Positions 59,843 through 64,000 of a stretch of 64,000 nt of DNA are shown piece by piece. The number at the start of each line of letters is the position of its first letter. Within the stretch, counting starts at the first letter, position 1. The stretch is from Alphaproteobacteria bacterium (GTDB taxonomy: Bacteria; Pseudomonadota; Alphaproteobacteria; GCA-2731375). The translations under genes were made by a program, and so were the position numbers. The stretch lies in assembly GCA_965232515.1 (NCBI GenBank), contig CBDDPY010000002.1, positions 1,536,001-1,600,000 on the forward strand. The letters are read 5' to 3'. The notes beneath the pieces are model-generated. The model did no database searches, had not been told where the DNA came from, and saw nothing but the letters and a program-made list of their open reading frames with translations.

Positions 59843-61080
59843 CGGTCACGCACGCCTGGCTGGAAGCGCGCTTCGCCGAGGTCCGGCCGAAGGCGATCGC
59901 CGCGCTGACGCGACAGTTCCGCGACCTGGAGCTGGCCGAGGAAGCCTTCGCGGCAAGCTGTCTGAAAGCGCTGCAGGTCTGGCCGCAACGCGGCCGACCC
60001 GACGATCCGTTCGCCTGGCTGCTGACCGTGGGACGGAATGCCGGCGTCGATATCATCCGCCGCGCATCGCGGACGCGAGACATTCCCGTGCCGGAGACCG
60101 TAAACGACACGCCCGAGGATGATCTGATCGCCGACCTCGATGCCGGCGGCCTGCGTGACGACGTGCTGCGGCTGCTGTTCATCTGTTGCCACCCGGACCT
60201 GACGCCGCGGGACCAGTCGGCGCTGGCGTTGAAGATCGTCGCGGGACTGAGCGTGGCGGAAATCGCCCGCGCCTTCCTGGTGAAGCCGAAAGCCATGGAG
60301 CAGCGCCTGACCCGGGCGAAGCGGATGGCGACCCACGCCAACGTGCCGTTCGAGACCCCGGACCTGGCCGAGCGGCACAATCGCCTCAAGACCGTGTCGC
60401 TGATGGTCTATCTGCTGTTCAACGAAGGCTGGTCGGCAAGCGCCGGCGAGATACAGATCAAAACAGCGCTTTGCGACGAGGCGATCCGGCTGGCGCGGTT
60501 GCTGCTGGCTCTGTTTCCCGGCGTCAGCGAGCTGATGGGCCAGCTGGCGCTGTTCCTGTTCCAGCATTCGCGCCGGCGGGCGCGGATCGACGCGGCCGGC
60601 GATCTGATGCCGCTCGACGATCAGGACCGCACGCTTTGGGACCGATCGATGACCGCAGAAGCGCAGGCGCTGCTGGAAAAGGCGCTGCGCCACGGGGCGC
60701 CAGGCCCCTACCAGATCCAGGCGGCGATCGCCGCTGTGCATGCCGGCGCGCCGGCGGCCGACGACACGGACTGGCACGAGATCGAGCGCCTCTACGCCGC
60801 GCTCTACCTGCTCGAACCGACGGCCGTCGTGAAGCTCAATCACGCCGTCGCCATTGCCAAGGTCGACGGTCCGACCGCCGCGCTCGATATGCTGGCGACG
60901 TTGGCCGACGACCTCGCCGGCTACAAATGGTTCCATACGGCACGGGCGGCGTTCCTGAGCGAGCTTGGCGATTTTCGGCGGGCGAAGGCCGCCTACGAAT
61001 GCGCCATGTCGCTCGAGACGACAACACCCGAGCGCCGGCATCTCTGCCGCAAGATCGCGGCGTGCGAAAAAATGCTCTGA
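59839..61080 (+). CDS. ECF sigma factor with TPR-like C-terminal extension (ECF42)
   Basis: AEEA, WLLTVGRN, LRLLFICCHP, GPYQIQAAIAA; coupled to DGPF gene. Confidence 0.88.
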   Translation: MTVTHAWLEARFAEVRPKAIAALTRQFRDLELAEEAFAASCLKALQVWPQRGRPDDPFAWLLTVGRNAGVDIIRRASRTRDIPVPETVNDTPEDDLIADLDAGGLRDDVLRLLFICCHPDLTPRDQSALALKIVAGLSVAEIARAFLVKPKAMEQRLTRAKRMATHANVPFETPDLAERHNRLKTVSLMVYLLFNEGWSASAGEIQIKTALCDEAIRLARLLLALFPGVSELMGQLALFLFQHSRRRARIDAAGDLMPLDDQDRTLWDRSMTAEAQALLEKALRHGAPGPYQIQAAIAAVHAGAPAADDTDWHEIERLYAALYLLEPTAVVKLNHAVAIAKVDGPTAALDMLATLADDLAGYKWFHTARAAFLSELGDFRRAKAAYECAMSLETTTPERRHLCRKIAACEKML

Positions 61081-61084
61081 TTGC

Positions 61085-61111
61085 TGTCGGATCTTCGTCC
61101 GCCCGCCCGTC
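61085..61111 (+). promoter_or_regulatory. Putative ECF42 promoter
   Basis: TGTCGG-N17-CGTC upstream of VOC gene. Confidence 0.55.
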
Positions 61112-61159
61112 CTTGACCTGTCAACACGCTCACGGCAGGACAATCAAACGGAGGACGAC

Positions 61160-61543
61160 ATGGCAAACGAATTGACCACGCCCGGCAACGCAGGCTGGAT
61201 CCAGTATTCGGGACCGGACGCCAACGCGGCGAAGAAGTTCTACAGCGAGGTGATCGGCTGGAACATCGCCGACATGCCGATGCAGGACGGCGGCAGTTTC
61301 GCCGGGATCATGGTCGGCGACGGCCCGATCGGCGGGTTCGCGCCGGTACCGGCGGAGACCGGCGCCTGGACCATCTACGTCACGGTACCCGACGTCGACG
61401 CCAGCTTGAAGAAGGCGACCGCCGCCGGTGCGCAGGTTCTCGATGGCCCGACGGACGCAAAAGGCGTCGGACGCATGGCCACCATCGCCGATCCGCACGG
61501 CGCGCGCATCGCGCTGATCACCTACGAAAGCATGCAAAAATAG
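61160..61543 (+). CDS. VOC/glyoxalase-family protein
   Basis: AKKFY..GW; WTIYVTVPDVD; DPHGA; GGAGG RBS. Confidence 0.88.
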   Translation: MANELTTPGNAGWIQYSGPDANAAKKFYSEVIGWNIADMPMQDGGSFAGIMVGDGPIGGFAPVPAETGAWTIYVTVPDVDASLKKATAAGAQVLDGPTDAKGVGRMATIADPHGARIALITYESMQK

Positions 61544-61610
61544 CGCTCACGAGGACCGGCCGTCGCCGCCCGTGCGGCGGCGGTCGGCATTCGAATTCGA
61601 GGGCTGACGC

Positions 61611-61952
61611 ATGGCCTATGACGAGGAACTTGCCGGACGCTTCTACAGCGCCGCCGAGGGCATGGTCGACATCACGGAAAAGCGGATGATGGGCGGGATC
61701 TGCTTTTTTCTGAACGGCAACATGCTGGGCGGTTGCGACCGCGCGAAGACCGGCGAGCGGCGCTTCATGTTCAGGGTCGGCAAGGAGAACGAGACCGAAG
61801 CTCTCAGCCGCCCCGGCGCCGTGCCCATGAAATTCACGGGCCGCCGCATGGGCGGGCTGGTGTTCGTCGACGAAGCCGCCTGCGACAGGCAAGCGCTGCG
61901 GGATTGGATCGCGCTCGCCCTTCGCTTCGTCTCGACCCTGCCCGCGAAATAG
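61611..61952 (+). CDS. TfoX/Sxy N-terminal-domain protein
   Basis: MAYDEELA..EKRMMGG..GNM..TGRRMGG. Confidence 0.8.
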   Translation: MAYDEELAGRFYSAAEGMVDITEKRMMGGICFFLNGNMLGGCDRAKTGERRFMFRVGKENETEALSRPGAVPMKFTGRRMGGLVFVDEAACDRQALRDWIALALRFVSTLPAK

Positions 61953-61965
61953 TGACGTCGCCGCT

Positions 61966-62874
61966 TCAGCCAACCGCGACGGCGGCCCCGTCGATTTCGT
62001 CCCAGATGCGGTCGAGGCCGGGGCGCGCGGGATTGCGCGGGGCGTAGACGGCGATGTGCATGTCGTAAGGCGGCGCCACTTCGGCGATGGGCGCGAGGCG
62101 GCCCTGCGCCAGATCGTCGGCGATGAGCGAGCGCGGCAGCCAGGCGGCCCCGAGGCCGCCGACCGCCATCTCCCGGATGCCGAAGGCGAAGGCCGAGACG
62201 CAGACCGTTTCGACGCGGTAACGCCGCATCATCTCGGGCATGCGGGTCTTCCAAAGCAGCTCGCCGAAAAAGCTGTCCTGCGGATAGCCGATCAGCGGCA
62301 GATGCGCGCCCTCGCCCGCGCCGAACGGTGGCGCCCCGCCGTGATCAGCCGCGCCGACCAGCATGAGCTGCTCGGCGCCCAGGAGCTTGCGCCGCGCCGT
62401 CGTCGGTGGGATTTCGGTCGGCGTATCGCCGGCCTCGTAGCACATCAGGAAATCCGCCTCGCCGCGCAGGAACATCACCACGCAATCGTTCTTGTTGGCC
62501 GAACGCACGCGATAGGTCTGTTCGAAACCGCGCTGTTCCAGTCCGTCGATCAGCGACGGCAGGTAGTAGGTGGCGAGGCTGTGCTGGACCGCGAGCGTCA
62601 CCCTGACCTCGCCGCTTTGCTCGGCCCTGAGGCGGCTGCGCAACTCGTAAAGCGAGGCGACGAGATGGCGAAACTCGGCTTCGTTTTCGACCGCCACGAC
62701 GGTCGGCCGGAGCGGCTTGTAGGCGCGGTCGACAAGCGTCGCGCCGAGCCAGTTTTCCAGCGCCTGAATACGGCGCGAAAATGCCGGCTGGCTGACATGG
62801 CGGCGGGCCGCAGCGGCGGAAAAGCTCCGGGTCTCCATCAGAACCAGGAAGTCCTCAAGCCATTTCAGTTCCAT
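61966..62874 (-). CDS. LysR-family regulator
   Basis: MELKWLEDF...SFSAAAARRHVSQPAFSRRI. Confidence 0.9.
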   Translation of the reverse strand: MELKWLEDFLVLMETRSFSAAAARRHVSQPAFSRRIQALENWLGATLVDRAYKPLRPTVVAVENEAEFRHLVASLYELRSRLRAEQSGEVRVTLAVQHSLATYYLPSLIDGLEQRGFEQTYRVRSANKNDCVVMFLRGEADFLMCYEAGDTPTEIPPTTARRKLLGAEQLMLVGAADHGGAPPFGAGEGAHLPLIGYPQDSFFGELLWKTRMPEMMRRYRVETVCVSAFAFGIREMAVGGLGAAWLPRSLIADDLAQGRLAPIAEVAPPYDMHIAVYAPRNPARPGLDRIWDEIDGAAVAVG

Positions 62875-63080
62875 CGTCGGTTTCCAGGTGCCGCCAAACT
62901 ATGCAAAAAAATTATAATATTGAATGGAATTGGCATTGGATAGAGATCGATTTCCGGGTTTTACTCCTGGTAAATCTCAAAAGAGATAGATGATTAGTGC
63001 TTTCTGATGGATCGGCTCCGGCAATTTCGGCCGAAGCGCCAAGGATCGTCGCAACATCATCATGCGCAGGGAGAATAATC

Positions 63081-64000
63081 ATGAACCTGGCCAGGTTTCC
63101 CCGGCTGCGCTTCGGGCACTTTCCGACACCGCTTGAGCCCATGCAGCGACTGACCGAACTGCTGGACGGTCCTCGGCTCTGGATCAAGCGCGACGACTGC
63201 ACCGGCCTGTCGACCGGCGGCAATAAGACCCGCAAGCTGGAATACCTGATGGCGGACGCCCTGGAGCAAGGCGCCGACACCATCGTGACCCAGGGCGCGA
63301 CGCAGTCGAACCACGCGCGGCAGACGGCGGCGATCGCGGCCAAGCTGGGCCTTGCCTGCCACATCCTGCTGGAGGACCGCACCGGCTACGACGACGCCGA
63401 GTACACGTTGAACGGCAATGTGCTGTTGGATCGACTGCACGGCGCCAGCGTGTCGAAGCGGCCCGGCGGCGCGGACATGAATGTCGAGATGGCGGCGCTG
63501 GCCGAGACGCTGAAGGCCGAGGGCCAAAAGCCCTATGTGATCCCCGGCGGCGGCTCCAACCCGATCGGCGCGCTGGGTTACGTGAACGCGGCGCTGGAAC
63601 TGACCTATCAGGCCGGCGAGAACGGCCTTAACATCGGCCATATCGTGCACGCGACGGGTAGCGCGGGCACCCAGGCCGGTCTGGTGACGGGTCTGAAGGC
63701 GATCAACGCGGGCGTCCCGGTGCTTGGCATCGGCGTCCGTGCGCCGAAAGAAAAGCAAGAAGAAAACGTATTTGCGCTGGCTCAGGCGACCGCCGAGCGG
63801 ATGGGCCTGGACGGAGTCGTCGAGCGGACCGATGTGGTGGCGAACTGCGACTATGTGGGTCAGGGCTACGGCATTCCGACAGAAGGCATGGTGGCGGCGG
63901 TGAAGCTGCTGGCCGAGACCGAGGGCATCCTGCTGGACCCCGTCTATTCCGGCAAAGGCATGGCCGGCCTGATCGACCAGATCAAACGCGGGTATTTCGA
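63081..64000 (+). CDS. cuyA: PLP-dependent cysteate sulfo-lyase / D-cysteine desulfhydrase (3'-partial; absent from ORF track)
   Basis: [52 protein letters not shown]; GGAGA RBS. Confidence 0.8.
   Translation, partial: MNLARFPRLRFGHFPTPLEPMQRLTELLDGPRLWIKRDDCTGLSTGGNKTRKLEYLMADALEQGADTIVTQGATQSNHARQTAAIAAKLGLACHILLEDRTGYDDAEYTLNGNVLLDRLHGASVSKRPGGADMNVEMAALAETLKAEGQKPYVIPGGGSNPIGALGYVNAALELTYQAGENGLNIGHIVHATGSAGTQAGLVTGLKAINAGVPVLGIGVRAPKEKQEENVFALAQATAERMGLDGVVERTDVVANCDYVGQGYGIPTEGMVAAVKLLAETEGILLDPVYSGKGMAGLIDQIKRGYF

Overview
GC-rich alphaproteobacterial chromosome segment. Bases 1-9.8 kb look like an integration hotspot. They hold two related modules (AraC regulator, then PEP-CTERM/VPLPA-CTERM surface-protein genes, a REP/MITE-like inverted repeat and a shared gene remnant), separated by tRNA-fMet 3'-end att-like relics, a serine-recombinase tail and a palindrome-flanked single-gene cassette. 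Three near-identical surface-protein paralogs differ mainly in hypervariable loops, and several neighbours are internally deleted hybrids. Next come a NemR-like TetR redox/detox cluster (AhpD, signal-peptide haloalkane dehalogenase, thioredoxin, GST) interrupted by a GAFTGA-less AcoR-type regulator plus amidohydrolase, an AT-rich beta-barrel islet, MocR/AhpD/cyclase genes and an adenylate cyclase. These are followed by a 7TM-DISM-AraC membrane regulator facing a PEP-CTERM relic, an operon with a FabH/DarB-type ketosynthase fused to a heme-oxygenase-like diiron domain, and a cobalamin-riboswitch btu operon containing an uncharacterised gene. The last 21 kb hold icd, an RND pump, an MlrC/TRAP/LacI unit, an ECF42 module and the start of a cuyA-like gene. 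All family assignments come from motif recognition by eye; no database searches were run.
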